A stretch of DNA of 42,232 nucleotides from a virus (lineage: Duplodnaviria > Caudoviricetes), in IMG/VR virus record IMGVR_UViG_3300024996_000130, positions 1-42,232 of that record; one strand, 5' to 3'. Under the pieces are notes generated by a model. It was not told the DNA's origin. It was given only the letters and a program-made list of their open reading frames with translations, and ran no database searches. The translations under genes were made by a program, and so were the position numbers. Below are positions 32,117 to 42,232 of this stretch, in pieces (position 1 is the first letter of the stretch; every line of letters begins with the position of its first letter).

Positions 32117-35100
32117 TGCCGACGAAAAATGTCGCCTATCGCATTGCCACGTCCGGAAAGCAGGATGTCGTCCGCGATTTCAACGAGATCGGGCAGGCGG
32201 CCGACAACACCGGCAAACAGATGACGCAATCGTTTCAGCGCGCCGGGACGGCGAGCGAGGCGATGGAGCAGCGTTATCTCCGGCTGGCCGCCGCGGCCAA
32301 GCAATCGGTGATGCAATCGGTTAACCAGGCGAACTTCAACCACATTCTGGGCGTTGACCCGAACACCGCGAAATCGGCCAAGGATTCGGCGCGGATTCTG
32401 GACGATATGATCGGGCGCACCACGGCGCTGCGCGCCGCGATCAATCCCCTTGGTGCGGCCCAGGAGAAAATGAACAGTGAGATTGCCAACGCCAACGATC
32501 TCTTCGCCCGTGGCGCGATCACAGTGGAAGAACAGGCCGCCGCGCATGCGCTGGCCAAAACCCGCTTCGATGCCACGGCCAAATCTCTTGGCGCGGTGGC
32601 GGGCGAAGCCGGGCTTTCCTCCTTCCAGCTCGCCAATCTGGGTTTTCAGTTCAACGACGTGGTGACCGGGCTCGCGATGGGCCAGCGGCCGTTGCAGGTG
32701 CTGGCCCAGCAAGGCGGCCAAGTCTACCAGGTCTTCGCCGGCTCCAATGTCAGCGTCACCACCGCGTTAAAACAGGTGACCGATAAATCCAAGGCCATGG
32801 TCAGCGGCCTGATGAATATGGTCACGCCGGCCCGGCTTGTGGGTGGCGCATTCGGACTGGTCGCGGTGACGGGCGTCGCCGCATTTGCCCAGACGATTTC
32901 CCGCGAGAAAGAGCTTGAGGCCGCGACACGCGGTCTTGGGCGGGTGGCGGGGGTGACGGCGGTCCAGTTGCTGGACATGGCACGCGCGGGCGCCCAGTTT
33001 GGCGACACCAGCGTGTCGGCGGCGATCGCGACCGAGAAAGCGTTGCTTTCCACCGGTAAGGTCTACAAGGAAAATTTCGCGGGTCTGATCGGCATCGCCA
33101 AGAACTTTGCCGCGCAAACCGGGCTGTCCGCCGATGACGCCAACAAGGCGCTGGCCAAGATGGCGGCCGACCCGGTCAAAGGTATCAATGCGCTGGGCGA
33201 TGCGATCGGCGGGGTGACGGCCGCGGAAGTGGAGCGGGTACAAAGTCTGGTGGCGCAGGGGCGCGAGCAGGATGCGGTCAATGTGCTAATCGCCACCGCC
33301 AAGCGCAACCTGGTCGACTATCGCAACGAATTGAGCCTGACCGGCCGGGTGATGAATTCGTTTGGCCAGATCGGCAGCACTGTCTGGGACGACATCAAAG
33401 AGGGCATTGAAGGCAGTTTCACCGCGCTGAAGAAGTTCGAGAACGAACATCCCGCGGTTGCGAATGCGATCACGTCCGCGATGACAGCGGCGCTGCCGCC
33501 GGAATTCCGGCTGATCCTTGAGCATCTGCTCAATCCGCCGACAGCGGCGCCAACATCCACCAATGTCCGCGGGGTCGACCAGACACGGGATGCAGTCATT
33601 GCCGCATCACGTAATGTCGGCACCGATGCGATCAGTTCGCTTCTGGACGCCTCGGCGGCGCGCAAAAAGGCGCTTGACAATGCGACCGGCGCAACGCCCT
33701 CACAACTGGCGACGATGACGCTCGATTATCAGCGCATGAAAAGTGCGCTGGATTCGCTGAGCGACTCGCAAGGGACCTTGATCGTCAATGGCAAGCATTA
33801 TCTGAGCCAGCAGCAGATCCAGCAGCGGCAAGACGAACTCAATATCCGCGCGATCAACGCGCGCACACCCGCAGAGAAGGCGCAAATTGCCAGCGAACAG
33901 GCGAAACTGTCGCTGACCGGACAGATGATGACGGCCGAGGAACGCAACACGGCCGCCACCTTGGCGGGATCTGCTGCGTATATCCAGTCCGCCAAGGTCA
34001 TCATCGACCAGAATCGGGTGCTCGATATCCAGGCCACTGGTGCGCTGAAAGTGGCGGCTGCGTGGCAGCAAGGTGCCGCTGCCGCCGCACTGGCCGAGGC
34101 CAAGCGTCAGGCCCTCACCGAACAGGTGCAAACCGGAATCGATGCCGATCAGCGCGCCGCGCAGATCGTGCGCCAGCAAGTGGCAAGCCAAATCACAAAT
34201 TCAGCGCAGACGATTGCGCAGATGATGGACGAGACAGCAATTCGCAAACGCATGAACGATGCGATCGGCACTGGTATTCTCACCCTTCAGCAAGCAGATG
34301 AACAGATGCAGACGGAATTGGGTCTGCGTCCACTATTGATCGCGCAAGCTCTGGCCGAAGGCGATGCCAAGAAAAAGCTGGCGGATGAGATCAAGAGTCT
34401 GACGCAAGCCTACGCCAGCGACAATCAAGAACGTGCGCGGTCGGCGGCGTTGGCTGAATTTGTGGATCAAGGTGATCAGATCACGCTGCTGCGCCGCGAA
34501 ATTCAGCTTCAAGGTCTTAGTGCTGATGCGCGGGATATTGAACTCGCGAAGTTGAACGAGGTTCTTCGGCTGAAACGAATGGGCGTCGATCTGACGGAGA
34601 TGGATTCGCAAGCATGGGTCGAGAACGCTGAGAACATCGAACGGATGCATCAGGCACTTTCATTGGCTAACGCGGAGCAGCAAGAGATTTCCGGTACGGT
34701 CGATGATCTCGGCAATTCCCTGCAGGATTTCTTCAACAATGGCGAAGTCGGCTGGAAGTCGCTGGGTGATCTCGGGCTCTCGGTCATCAAAGACTTGGAG
34801 TCCGAACTGATCAAACTTTCGCTCATCAATCCGTTCAAGAGCTGGTTGACGGGTGAAAAGCTGCCCGGTCTCGGCGGCGTTCTTGGTCAATTGCTTGGCA
34901 GTATTGGTGGAAGTGGTGGCATCGAGGAAATCACGATGACGCCTGATGTATTCGGACGATTCCATACCGGTGGAACCGCCGGTTATGCATCATCGTTCCA
35001 GGCTGTCAAGGCGGATTTGTTTCGCAATGCTCGGCGCTATCACAGCGGCGGCCTGGCCGGCGATGAGGTGCCGGCCATCCTGCAACGTGGCGAACGTGTC

Positions 35101-35316
35101 CTGAGCCTGCAAGAGACCAAGAATTACCGCAACAATCGGAGTGGTGATGCCTCCGGCGCTGTCACCGTCAATTATGCGCCGGTTTACAACATTCAAGGTT
35201 CCGACCGCGCGCAAGTGCAGGCGATGATCGATGAGCGCGATCGGCGGAACAAATCCGAACTCTATGGCACGGTGACAAGTATCTTCATCGATGCCCGCCG
35301 CCGCCGGATGTTGTGA
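32116..35316 (+). CDS. Tape measure protein (lambda family)
   Basis: 1066 aa Ala-rich helical; NLGFQFNDV..LA.GQ.PLQVLAQQGGQ; C-terminal FHTGG/YHSGG, EVPAILQRGE. Confidence 0.93.
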   Translation: MPTKNVAYRIATSGKQDVVRDFNEIGQAADNTGKQMTQSFQRAGTASEAMEQRYLRLAAAAKQSVMQSVNQANFNHILGVDPNTAKSAKDSARILDDMIGRTTALRAAINPLGAAQEKMNSEIANANDLFARGAITVEEQAAAHALAKTRFDATAKSLGAVAGEAGLSSFQLANLGFQFNDVVTGLAMGQRPLQVLAQQGGQVYQVFAGSNVSVTTALKQVTDKSKAMVSGLMNMVTPARLVGGAFGLVAVTGVAAFAQTISREKELEAATRGLGRVAGVTAVQLLDMARAGAQFGDTSVSAAIATEKALLSTGKVYKENFAGLIGIAKNFAAQTGLSADDANKALAKMAADPVKGINALGDAIGGVTAAEVERVQSLVAQGREQDAVNVLIATAKRNLVDYRNELSLTGRVMNSFGQIGSTVWDDIKEGIEGSFTALKKFENEHPAVANAITSAMTAALPPEFRLILEHLLNPPTAAPTSTNVRGVDQTRDAVIAASRNVGTDAISSLLDASAARKKALDNATGATPSQLATMTLDYQRMKSALDSLSDSQGTLIVNGKHYLSQQQIQQRQDELNIRAINARTPAEKAQIASEQAKLSLTGQMMTAEERNTAATLAGSAAYIQSAKVIIDQNRVLDIQATGALKVAAAWQQGAAAAALAEAKRQALTEQVQTGIDADQRAAQIVRQQVASQITNSAQTIAQMMDETAIRKRMNDAIGTGILTLQQADEQMQTELGLRPLLIAQALAEGDAKKKLADEIKSLTQAYASDNQERARSAALAEFVDQGDQITLLRREIQLQGLSADARDIELAKLNEVLRLKRMGVDLTEMDSQAWVENAENIERMHQALSLANAEQQEISGTVDDLGNSLQDFFNNGEVGWKSLGDLGLSVIKDLESELIKLSLINPFKSWLTGEKLPGLGGVLGQLLGSIGGSGGIEEITMTPDVFGRFHTGGTAGYASSFQAVKADLFRNARRYHSGGLAGDEVPAILQRGERVLSLQETKNYRNNRSGDASGAVTVNYAPVYNIQGSDRAQVQAMIDERDRRNKSELYGTVTSIFIDARRRRML

Positions 35317-35328
35317 CGGTTATCGAAT

Positions 35329-35991
35329 ATGGCACTGGTTTATCCGCTCGATTTCCCCACTTGGTTGCCGGGAATGTCGGTCAGCACATTCACGCTCGCC
35401 TATCAGCAGGAAATCGCGCCCACCGGCGGTGGCGATATCGTCCGCGATCTGGGCATGACGTTGTGGAATGCCGATTTCGAAACGCCGCGGCTCGACCCCG
35501 ACGATATGGCGGCCTTCAGCGCCTGGTTGACGGCGCTGGAAAACGGCGGTCAGACCTTCTGGGGACGGGATTTCACCGCGGAATTCCCGCGCAATTATCC
35601 CAACGGCAGCGCCGGCATGACGAAGGCGGGTGGCGGCACATTCACCGGCGCGGGCCTGCTATCGGCCGTCGCCAGCGACAACAAGACGGTGACGATCAGC
35701 GGCCTGCCGGCGAACTTCGTGTTCAAGCCGGGCGATCATATCGCGTTCGATTATTCCGGCGGGGTGCGGGCCTATCACCGCTGCATCGTGGACGCCAGCG
35801 GCAATGGCTCGGGTGTGGCCGTGATCGAAGTGCGGCCGCATATCCGGCCGGGTTTTGCCACCGGTGTGGCCGTCACGCTCGACAAACCGAAAGCCAAAAT
35901 GCGGCTGATACCGGATTCCGCACAACCTTCGCCGCTGGGGCGCGGCAAAGGCACCTGGTCCTTCAAGGCAACACAGACGCTGCAACCATGA
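35329..35991 (+). CDS. Distal-tail-like protein
   Basis: Position after tape measure; W.A.F, FKPGD, EVRP.IR. Confidence 0.72.
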   Translation: MALVYPLDFPTWLPGMSVSTFTLAYQQEIAPTGGGDIVRDLGMTLWNADFETPRLDPDDMAAFSAWLTALENGGQTFWGRDFTAEFPRNYPNGSAGMTKAGGGTFTGAGLLSAVASDNKTVTISGLPANFVFKPGDHIAFDYSGGVRAYHRCIVDASGNGSGVAVIEVRPHIRPGFATGVAVTLDKPKAKMRLIPDSAQPSPLGRGKGTWSFKATQTLQP

Positions 35992-36614
35992 AAACACTCT
36001 CCACCGCATTCAAGGATGCGCTGTCCTCCGGCCGCCATGTTTTTCGCATGTTCGCAAAGTTCAATCTGGCGAGCGGGGATTATGGCTTCTGGGACGACGT
36101 CGGCAACGTCACGGTCGATGGCGTGGAATATGTGGGATCGGGCACGCTGGGGGAAGTCTCGCCCATCTCCGGGGTGGGCGATATGTCGATCCCTGGCGTC
36201 CAGGCCAAGCTTTCCGGGATCGATGGGGAGGTGCTGAATACGTTCTTCAACGAAACCTGGCATCAGCGCGCAGCGGCTCTCAGTATCGGCGTGTTCGATG
36301 CTGACACGCGCAATCTGATCGGCACCGACAAGGTGTTCGACGGCTATATGGATACCGCGTCGCTGGATGGCGGTGCGGGTAAAGAGGCCACGCTGACGGT
36401 CACACTGGAGGATGTGGCGCGGCGGATGACCCGCAGCTTCGCCAATGTCCGCAGCGATGCCGATCAGCGTGAGCGCGATCCCACCGATACGCTGTTCAAG
36501 CGCGTGGCCTATGCCGCCCAGAAGACGGTCTATTGGGGCCAGCCCACGCCTGCCAGTGGTCAGGTCCGCGGCGGCGGTACGACCAAGCAGAATACGCTCG
36601 TCAATCTGAGGTAG
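35988..36614 (+). CDS. Minor tail/hub protein
   Basis: ATGA-coupled; YVGSG.LG, LSGID, VFDGYMD, DQRERDPTD. Confidence 0.75.
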   Translation: MKTLSTAFKDALSSGRHVFRMFAKFNLASGDYGFWDDVGNVTVDGVEYVGSGTLGEVSPISGVGDMSIPGVQAKLSGIDGEVLNTFFNETWHQRAAALSIGVFDADTRNLIGTDKVFDGYMDTASLDGGAGKEATLTVTLEDVARRMTRSFANVRSDADQRERDPTDTLFKRVAYAAQKTVYWGQPTPASGQVRGGGTTKQNTLVNLR

Positions 36615-36619
36615 CGCGC

Positions 36620-37036
36620 ATGCGATATCCGGATTGGGAGCAGCGTCTCCGGGCGCTGCTGGACCATTGGCGCGATCAGAACAATGACTGGGGCGAGGGC
36701 GATTGCTTCTGCCGCATGGCGGATGCCGCAATGGCGGTCGCGCCCATTCCCGATCCCATGGCGGATCATCGCCGGAAATACGACACGGCGCGCGGTGCGA
36801 TCCGCTATCTGAAATCGCTGGGCCATGCCAATGCGGGCGATGCCGTGGCGGCCTATCTGCCGGAGGTGCATCCCGCTTTCGCCCATCGCGGCGATATAGG
36901 CTTTGCGTCCGATGTGAGCCCGCTGTGCCTCTGCCTCGTCATGGGGCCGACGCTGGTTGTGATCAATGAAGATGGCGTGGGCTGGGATGCGGCGCCGCGC
37001 TCGCGCTTGAAACGCGCATTCAAGGTGGGCTGGTAG
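36620..37036 (+). CDS. NlpC/P60-like tail protein (DUF6950-like)
   Basis: DWEQRL, WGEGDC, AHRGDI; gpK-equivalent position. Confidence 0.75.
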   Translation: MRYPDWEQRLRALLDHWRDQNNDWGEGDCFCRMADAAMAVAPIPDPMADHRRKYDTARGAIRYLKSLGHANAGDAVAAYLPEVHPAFAHRGDIGFASDVSPLCLCLVMGPTLVVINEDGVGWDAAPRSRLKRAFKVGW

Positions 37037-37037
37037 C

Positions 37038-40000
37038 GTGGGCAAGATCGGAAAGGTCATCGCCGGCGTTGCCCTGATCGGCCTTTCGTTTGTCGGTCTG
37101 CCGTTTGGGCTGGCCGCCCTGAGCGGCACGTTTTTGGGGATGGGCGCATCCCTTGTGCTCGGCGGTATCGCGGAGATGCTCACGCCGGGCCCCAAGCCCG
37201 GCTCTGTCGGTGGCACATCTGAACAGATCAGCCTGGACCCTACGCATCCGCGCGAGGTCGCCGTTGGCCAGCCGCCGACGCCGGGCTCTCTGCTCGACAA
37301 ATTCAGCCACGATCATCTGCCTTGGGGTGGTGGCAACGAGGGCAAAAATCGGGTCAAGGAAGTTCTCATCTGTCTGGCCGACCATGAATGCGACGGTCTG
37401 ATTGAGATCTGGGATGGTGCCCGCAAGCTGACGCTGGGCACCGAAGATGCGGCGTTGGGCTGGCCCATCGCGGAGTACAACAGCGAAGGGAAAGATCACC
37501 TCTACATCAAGTTCCACAAGGGAACGTGGGATCAGGTTGCCGACCAGCATCTGATCGATGTTTCGGGTGGGGAATACACCGCGAGTGACCGTGGCGTTGG
37601 CGTTTGTTACGCGCGTGTGACGATGGTTGCATCCATCGATCAGGATGACAAAGCCTGGGCGGCGGGTGAACCGCAACTGAAGTTCGTGCTTCGGGGCGCG
37701 AAACTCTACGATCCGCGCAAGGACAGCAGCGTCGGTGGCTCAGGCTCGCATCGCTGGGGCGATCTTTCCACGTATGAATGGACCGACAACGCCGCAGTCA
37801 TCGAATACAATTTGATCCGTGGCATCGATCGCGGCGATGGCGAACTGCTCTATGGTGTTGAAGCCTCCCATGATCAGGTGCGCTTTGACGATGCGGCCGC
37901 TGCCATCAACGCCTGCGATGAGGATGTAGCGCTCAAAGGCGGTGGCACCGAGAAGCGCTATAAGGCGAGCGGGATTATCCAGGTCAGCGCGGAAGTGCGC
38001 ACAGCCCTGGACGCCATCCGGCAATCGATGGCAGGTGCCGTCTACACCCTGGCGGGGTCATGGCGAATCTTCGCCGGCGTTGCCCAGGCACCAGCGATCA
38101 GTTTCACCGATGCTGACGTCATGTTGGCGGAAGATTACAGCGCCAAGCCGAAACTGCCATCGACCGATCTGATCAACACCGTCTATGCCAGTTATATTGA
38201 TCCGGCATCCGGCTATACGCAGCAATCCATTCCGGTGCGGCGCAGCACCGATGATGTCACGACCGATGGCGGGATCGGCCGAAAACTCGAACTGCAACTG
38301 GATTTTGTTTATAGCGCAACACAGGCGCAACGCGTTGCGGAGATTGAACGCCGCAAGGGTCGCCGGCAGATCCGGCACACACGCACGCTACCGCCTTATG
38401 CCTACGAGATGGAGGCGGGCGATTGGGGCGCGTGGACGAGTGCGCGCTACGGCTATGCCGCCAAGGCGTTCGAAATCGCCAACGTCACGATCAACGGCAA
38501 GCTGGATATCGGTCTGCAGCTTAAAGAGACCGATGCGACGATCTACGACTGGAACGCTGCAACCGATCAGGCGGACAAGATACCCGTCAACCTGCCCAGT
38601 GCCGATCCGCCCGCGGCGCTGAAGCCCACCGGGTTCAACGTCAACCCGATTAATCAGACCGGTTCCGGCGGCACCAGTGTGCCGATCCTGCCGGTGACAT
38701 GGGATCCGCCGAATACCGCCGATGTGACCGGCGTGACGATCGAGTGGCGCAAGGTCGGCTCGATCGACGTGCATTCGGTTTCAGCGGCAGATGCCAATGA
38801 AGGGGTGGCATCGATCCGGGCGTTGATCATGCCGGATGTGGCTTATGAAGCTCGCATGAAGTTCAACGCGGTGCCGACACGGGCGACGGATTGGACCGAT
38901 TGGGAGCCGTTTTCCTTCACCTCCGGCCCGGTATTTCAGGCGGGCGCCGATCCCGCCACCACGGCATTGCTGCAGGCATTGTCGGATTCGGTGACGGTGC
39001 GCAGCGCGGTGCAAGCGCTGGCGAATTTCACCTGGCGCGAGACGCTGGACAAGCTGGCTGGCGCCGCCTTGCAGACCATAGCCGATCTGCAAGTGACACA
39101 GGCGATTGTGCGGGATGCCACCATCGAACGCCTGCCGGACGGCAGCGTGCATGTGCACAGCATCGACGCGATCAAGGCCACGCTGGGCGATTGGAACGCC
39201 AGTGTTTCCACCATTGCCGACGCGCTGGTGGATGTGCAGGGCCGCACAAGTGCCTATTGGCAGATGTCGGTGGACGCGGGCGGGACCGCCTTCATGCGCG
39301 CGCAGGCTGACAATGCCGGCTCGACCATCATGATCGCAGCCGATACCATCGGGCTTTACAATAGCGCAGATAATTCGGTGGTACCCGCGCTGGCGGTCGT
39401 TGATGGCGATGTCTATGTCGCCAACAACCTGTTTGTCGGCACAGATCTGATGCTGGGCCGGTATCCTGGTATTGTCCGGTACGATAATGGCAGCGTGGCG
39501 TTCGCGCTGGGTGGTCCGTTCGGCGCCAGCAACGATCTGATGTTCTACATCGGCCCGTCGATGGCGCTCGGCGCCATGAGCCGCGATAACGCCTCCATGT
39601 GGGTGGACGTGGCCGGAAACGGTCGGGTCAGTGGCACATGGACCTCCGGCGGCGGCGAGCACAGCGCGAAGTCGAATTCGACGGTTGATAGCCCGGTCGT
39701 TGAAACCGAGGTCTGGACGCCAGCCAACGCGAACATCACGGTCACCTATAGTTATCAGCGTTTTGGTTCGCAGATCACCTATGCGTCCAGCGGGACAGAG
39801 GTCAACAACAGTGGCGCGCTGACCGGTGGCGGGCTTGAACTTTATCGCTCGATCAATGGCGGCGCCTATTCACTGGTCGATTCCGGCGCAATCCCGGGTG
39901 GCTGGTCGTTGATGACATATTTTGACTTTGAAGACCCGAACGCACCATCGGGCCAGAAATGGGTGACGCGGAAAGCCGAATCCTGTTCGTTGTCACGCAC

Positions 40001-40127
40001 CTATGTGGACACGGTCGGCGGCACGCAATCGCGCCAGTTCAAAGCTGTCGTCAGCGGCGGGCTGAACAAGACTTATCACTATCCGCTGAGCGACTTCGCG
40101 CAAACCAAAGTCTCCGCGCAGCAATAA
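37038..40127 (+). CDS. Tail tip / central fibre protein (gpJ-like)
   Basis: RGAKLYDPR, WTDNAA, CDE.V, QAQRVA, FN3-like segment, DUF1983-like region. Confidence 0.87.
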   Translation: MGKIGKVIAGVALIGLSFVGLPFGLAALSGTFLGMGASLVLGGIAEMLTPGPKPGSVGGTSEQISLDPTHPREVAVGQPPTPGSLLDKFSHDHLPWGGGNEGKNRVKEVLICLADHECDGLIEIWDGARKLTLGTEDAALGWPIAEYNSEGKDHLYIKFHKGTWDQVADQHLIDVSGGEYTASDRGVGVCYARVTMVASIDQDDKAWAAGEPQLKFVLRGAKLYDPRKDSSVGGSGSHRWGDLSTYEWTDNAAVIEYNLIRGIDRGDGELLYGVEASHDQVRFDDAAAAINACDEDVALKGGGTEKRYKASGIIQVSAEVRTALDAIRQSMAGAVYTLAGSWRIFAGVAQAPAISFTDADVMLAEDYSAKPKLPSTDLINTVYASYIDPASGYTQQSIPVRRSTDDVTTDGGIGRKLELQLDFVYSATQAQRVAEIERRKGRRQIRHTRTLPPYAYEMEAGDWGAWTSARYGYAAKAFEIANVTINGKLDIGLQLKETDATIYDWNAATDQADKIPVNLPSADPPAALKPTGFNVNPINQTGSGGTSVPILPVTWDPPNTADVTGVTIEWRKVGSIDVHSVSAADANEGVASIRALIMPDVAYEARMKFNAVPTRATDWTDWEPFSFTSGPVFQAGADPATTALLQALSDSVTVRSAVQALANFTWRETLDKLAGAALQTIADLQVTQAIVRDATIERLPDGSVHVHSIDAIKATLGDWNASVSTIADALVDVQGRTSAYWQMSVDAGGTAFMRAQADNAGSTIMIAADTIGLYNSADNSVVPALAVVDGDVYVANNLFVGTDLMLGRYPGIVRYDNGSVAFALGGPFGASNDLMFYIGPSMALGAMSRDNASMWVDVAGNGRVSGTWTSGGGEHSAKSNSTVDSPVVETEVWTPANANITVTYSYQRFGSQITYASSGTEVNNSGALTGGGLELYRSINGGAYSLVDSGAIPGGWSLMTYFDFEDPNAPSGQKWVTRKAESCSLSRTYVDTVGGTQSRQFKAVVSGGLNKTYHYPLSDFAQTKVSAQQ

Positions 40128-40151
40128 CCACGCACTGAAGGGACGTTTCGC

Positions 40152-40934
40152 ATGGCATGGCCATCGGCCGGATCGCTATCGCTCACCAATGGCAGCGCCA
40201 ATGTCACGGGTACGGGGACATTGTTTCTGTCTGCTTATGTTGGCGATGGCTTGCAGATTAATGGCGTCGGTCTCTTCGAGATCGCGGCGATCACCGACAA
40301 TACGCATTTGACGCTGGCCACCAACTATTCGGGTACAACCGGCGCGAAGGCGAATGGCGCCTGGAGCATCGTGCCATGCTCGCCGTTGCGCGGTTCGGTG
40401 CAAAATCTGGCGGCGAGCGTGTCTGACCTGATCGCCAACTGGTCCGGTGCGTTTCAGATGTCGTCACCCAGTGGGCCTGTTTCGGTTTTGAACGGGCAAC
40501 TCAAATTCCCGGCGACACAAAATCCGTCCACCGACGCAAATACCCTGGATGACTATCGCGAGGGTATCTGGACGCCATCGCTCTCCATCGGTGGTTCGAC
40601 GGCTGGAATCGTGCTCGAATCCAGTTCGCGCGGCGCTTATACGATGATCGGCAATCGTGTGCTGTTCAACGTGTTTATATTGCTGACCAGTAAAGGCGGC
40701 GCGAGCGGTGATGTCAGCGTGTCTGGGCCGCCGTTCACCGCATTCGATCATTTTCCGGTCGCAAGCCGGTTTGCCGGGATATCAGGGACCATTCAATCAC
40801 CTGGCGCCTTTGTACTTGGCGGCACGCAATCGATTACGCTTTACAGCATGAGCAGCGGAAACCCCGCAAATATTCAGGGTGCCGATCTGACAGACACCAC
40901 GCAACTTATCCTCAATGGCAGCTATAGGGTCTAA
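40152..40934 (+). CDS. Tail fibre / receptor-binding protein
   Basis: GSLSLTNGSANVTGTGT N-terminus; NTLDDYREG.WTP, YT.IGNRV, NGSYRV. Confidence 0.78.
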   Translation: MAWPSAGSLSLTNGSANVTGTGTLFLSAYVGDGLQINGVGLFEIAAITDNTHLTLATNYSGTTGAKANGAWSIVPCSPLRGSVQNLAASVSDLIANWSGAFQMSSPSGPVSVLNGQLKFPATQNPSTDANTLDDYREGIWTPSLSIGGSTAGIVLESSSRGAYTMIGNRVLFNVFILLTSKGGASGDVSVSGPPFTAFDHFPVASRFAGISGTIQSPGAFVLGGTQSITLYSMSSGNPANIQGADLTDTTQLILNGSYRV

Positions 40935-40937
40935 TTC

Positions 40938-41306
40938 ATGATCACCAATGCAGATATCTCTGCGAGCTATGAGCCCTTGCGCGCGCTTTCCATCATCCAT
41001 ATGCCGGCCGTTGCCGCCTATCGCGTGGCGCTGGCTTTTGATGAGGTGCAGCGGCAGTTCCGCATCTATGCGGGGGTCGCTCAGAAGATCGCGGAAGACT
41101 ATGGCGAGCGGGACGACAATGGCCGCCTGGTCAAGAGCGACAATGGCGGGACCCCGATCAACGCCGAGGATGGCAAGAAGGCCCTGGCCGATCTCAATGC
41201 CGAAGAAGTCACGCTCAATATCAAGACGATCTCGCTTGCCGAACTGGGCAATCTGGAACTGACACCTGCGTTGCTCGCGCCGTTGCGCTGGCTGATCACC
41301 GAATAA
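40938..41306 (+). CDS. Hypothetical tail-region protein (possible fibre chaperone)
   Basis: Helical; YGERDDNG; LAPL.WLI C-terminus. Confidence 0.65.
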   Translation: MITNADISASYEPLRALSIIHMPAVAAYRVALAFDEVQRQFRIYAGVAQKIAEDYGERDDNGRLVKSDNGGTPINAEDGKKALADLNAEEVTLNIKTISLAELGNLELTPALLAPLRWLITE

Positions 41307-41330
41307 CCGAACCCTTCATCCCTTCCACCC

Positions 41331-41355
41331 GCCCGCGAAGCCCGCGGGCTTTTTT
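41331..41355 (+). terminator. Rho-independent terminator
   Basis: GCCCGCG-AAGCC-CGCGGGC followed by T6. Confidence 0.85.
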
Positions 41356-41375
41356 GTGACCGAAAGGAAAATCCT

Positions 41376-41870
41376 ATGAAATCGATCTTCTCACGCTTTG
41401 CCGCAATTCTGGCGTTCGCCGCTTCTGCCGCGTTGTTTGTCGCCCCTCCCGCTGCGCTGGCGATGAACTATGCCCAGTCTGCGGCTGGCACGGCGATTTC
41501 TGCCGCCGGTGCGCTCGCCAACGGTGGCACGCTCAAAATCTATTGCGGCACCAAGCCGACCGATGCCGATACCGCGATTTCCGGCCAGACCCTCGCGGCC
41601 ACCTTCACCTTCAACTCGCCCGCATTCGGTTCGGCTTCGCTGGTTTCGAGCAAGATGCAGATTGCCGGATCGATGGTGGCCACCACGGTGACATCCGTCG
41701 CAACCTGCACCGCGACCTTTGCCCGTATGTTCAAAAGCGATGGCACCACAGTGGTGGCCGATTTCACTGTTGGCACCAGTGGGGCGGACGTGAATTTCAA
41801 CTCCACGTCTTTCACCACCGGCGGCAACGTCACGCTGTCCAGCTTCGTGCTCAATCAGCCGCTTCAGTAA
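41376..41870 (+). CDS. Beta-rich virion-type protein with signal-peptide-like N-terminus
   Basis: AAAGGA SD; n/h/c regions ending ALA; GGTLKIY.G..P...D, TATFAR, VGTSGAD. Confidence 0.75.
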   Translation: MKSIFSRFAAILAFAASAALFVAPPAALAMNYAQSAAGTAISAAGALANGGTLKIYCGTKPTDADTAISGQTLAATFTFNSPAFGSASLVSSKMQIAGSMVATTVTSVATCTATFARMFKSDGTTVVADFTVGTSGADVNFNSTSFTTGGNVTLSSFVLNQPLQ

Positions 41871-41935
41871 GGCGTCTCATTCATCAGCGTAGAGCCATGG
41901 TGGTGAAGCGATGACACCTGACATATGTGGCGGAT

Positions 41936-42232
41936 ATGGCTGAACTTCTGATCCGGACATTCAACGGTGAGAATGCCAAACGCTACATGGACGGCGACGT
42001 AGTGGCCGTGTGCCCGGATGGTCATGTTTTCGGACGAATGGAAAGCCTTGAAGTGTGGCTGGCAGAAGGCCGTGACGCTGCGGCGTGGCCTGGTGGCTTC
42101 GCAATCGTCCGGCTTCCGGGCATGTCCGTGGAAGACGCGCGGCAATATCTTGAGGAAGTGCCTGTTCTAGGGCTTCCAGAGAACGGTATGGCGACACGGC
42201 GAGCCTATACCATGGATTATGCCGCCCTGGAG
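41936..42232 (+). CDS. Hypothetical protein, truncated by window end
   Basis: Open frame MAELLIRT...GDVVAVCPDGHVFG...E runs to the last base. Confidence 0.65.
   Translation, partial: MAELLIRTFNGENAKRYMDGDVVAVCPDGHVFGRMESLEVWLAEGRDAAAWPGGFAIVRLPGMSVEDARQYLEEVPVLGLPENGMATRRAYTMDYAALE

Larger units (their letters stand above)
1..42232. mobile_element. Temperate lambda-like (cos, GpA terminase, non-contractile tail) prophage of an alphaproteobacterium; both ends extend beyond the window
   Basis: Integrase, cI/cro switch, replication, cos, terminase, portal, capsid, tail tube and tape measure in lambdoid order; no sheath gene; GcrA homologue. Confidence 0.96.

Noticed and set aside
35313-35987. 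Long N-terminal extension of the 36614-ending ORF
   Set aside because: Overlaps the distal-tail gene out of frame; ATGA-coupled start at 35988 is more plausible.
26786-41346. 12-mer GCGAAGCCCGCG shared by two intergenic hairpins (26786, 41335)
   Set aside because: A GC-rich 12-mer match is expected by chance at this length, and it folds differently at the two sites.
1-42232. CRISPR array, tRNA, rRNA, IS element, reverse transcriptase/DGR, att core
   Set aside because: No supporting pattern seen by eye; a short att core cannot be judged without flanking sequence.

Overview
The whole window is one temperate, lambda-like siphoviral prophage of a high-GC alphaproteobacterium (host inferred from a GcrA homologue). 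It starts at the integrase stop codon and ends inside a tail-region gene, so att sites and lysis genes are not visible. Order: integrase/excisionase; an ATGA-coupled early-left operon (1.1-7.7 kb); immunity region (PL/OL, exported moron, cI, OR/PR, cro); early-right operon (CII-like, GcrA, three DNA methyltransferases, YfdP/YfdQ-like pair, DUF1376-like replication protein, Q-position gene); a lambda-type cos site; GpA terminase, gpW, portal, S49 protease with nested scaffold, decoration and gpE-type capsid; neck, tail tube, G/GT chaperones with -1 frameshift, tape measure, tail tip and fibre genes. Most notable: (1) a near-perfect parS site inside the cI/cro switch; (2) an overlapping gene pair encoding a putative ubiquitin-like (C-terminal GG) protein and a Cys/His partner; (3) a tandem-HTH GcrA coupled to a beta-class methyltransferase, plus a stand-alone DnaA domain IV, suggesting engagement with the host cell cycle; (4) a dual-coding region between cro and cII; (5) a catalytically dead HD protein. 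All family calls come from motif recognition by eye; no searches were run.
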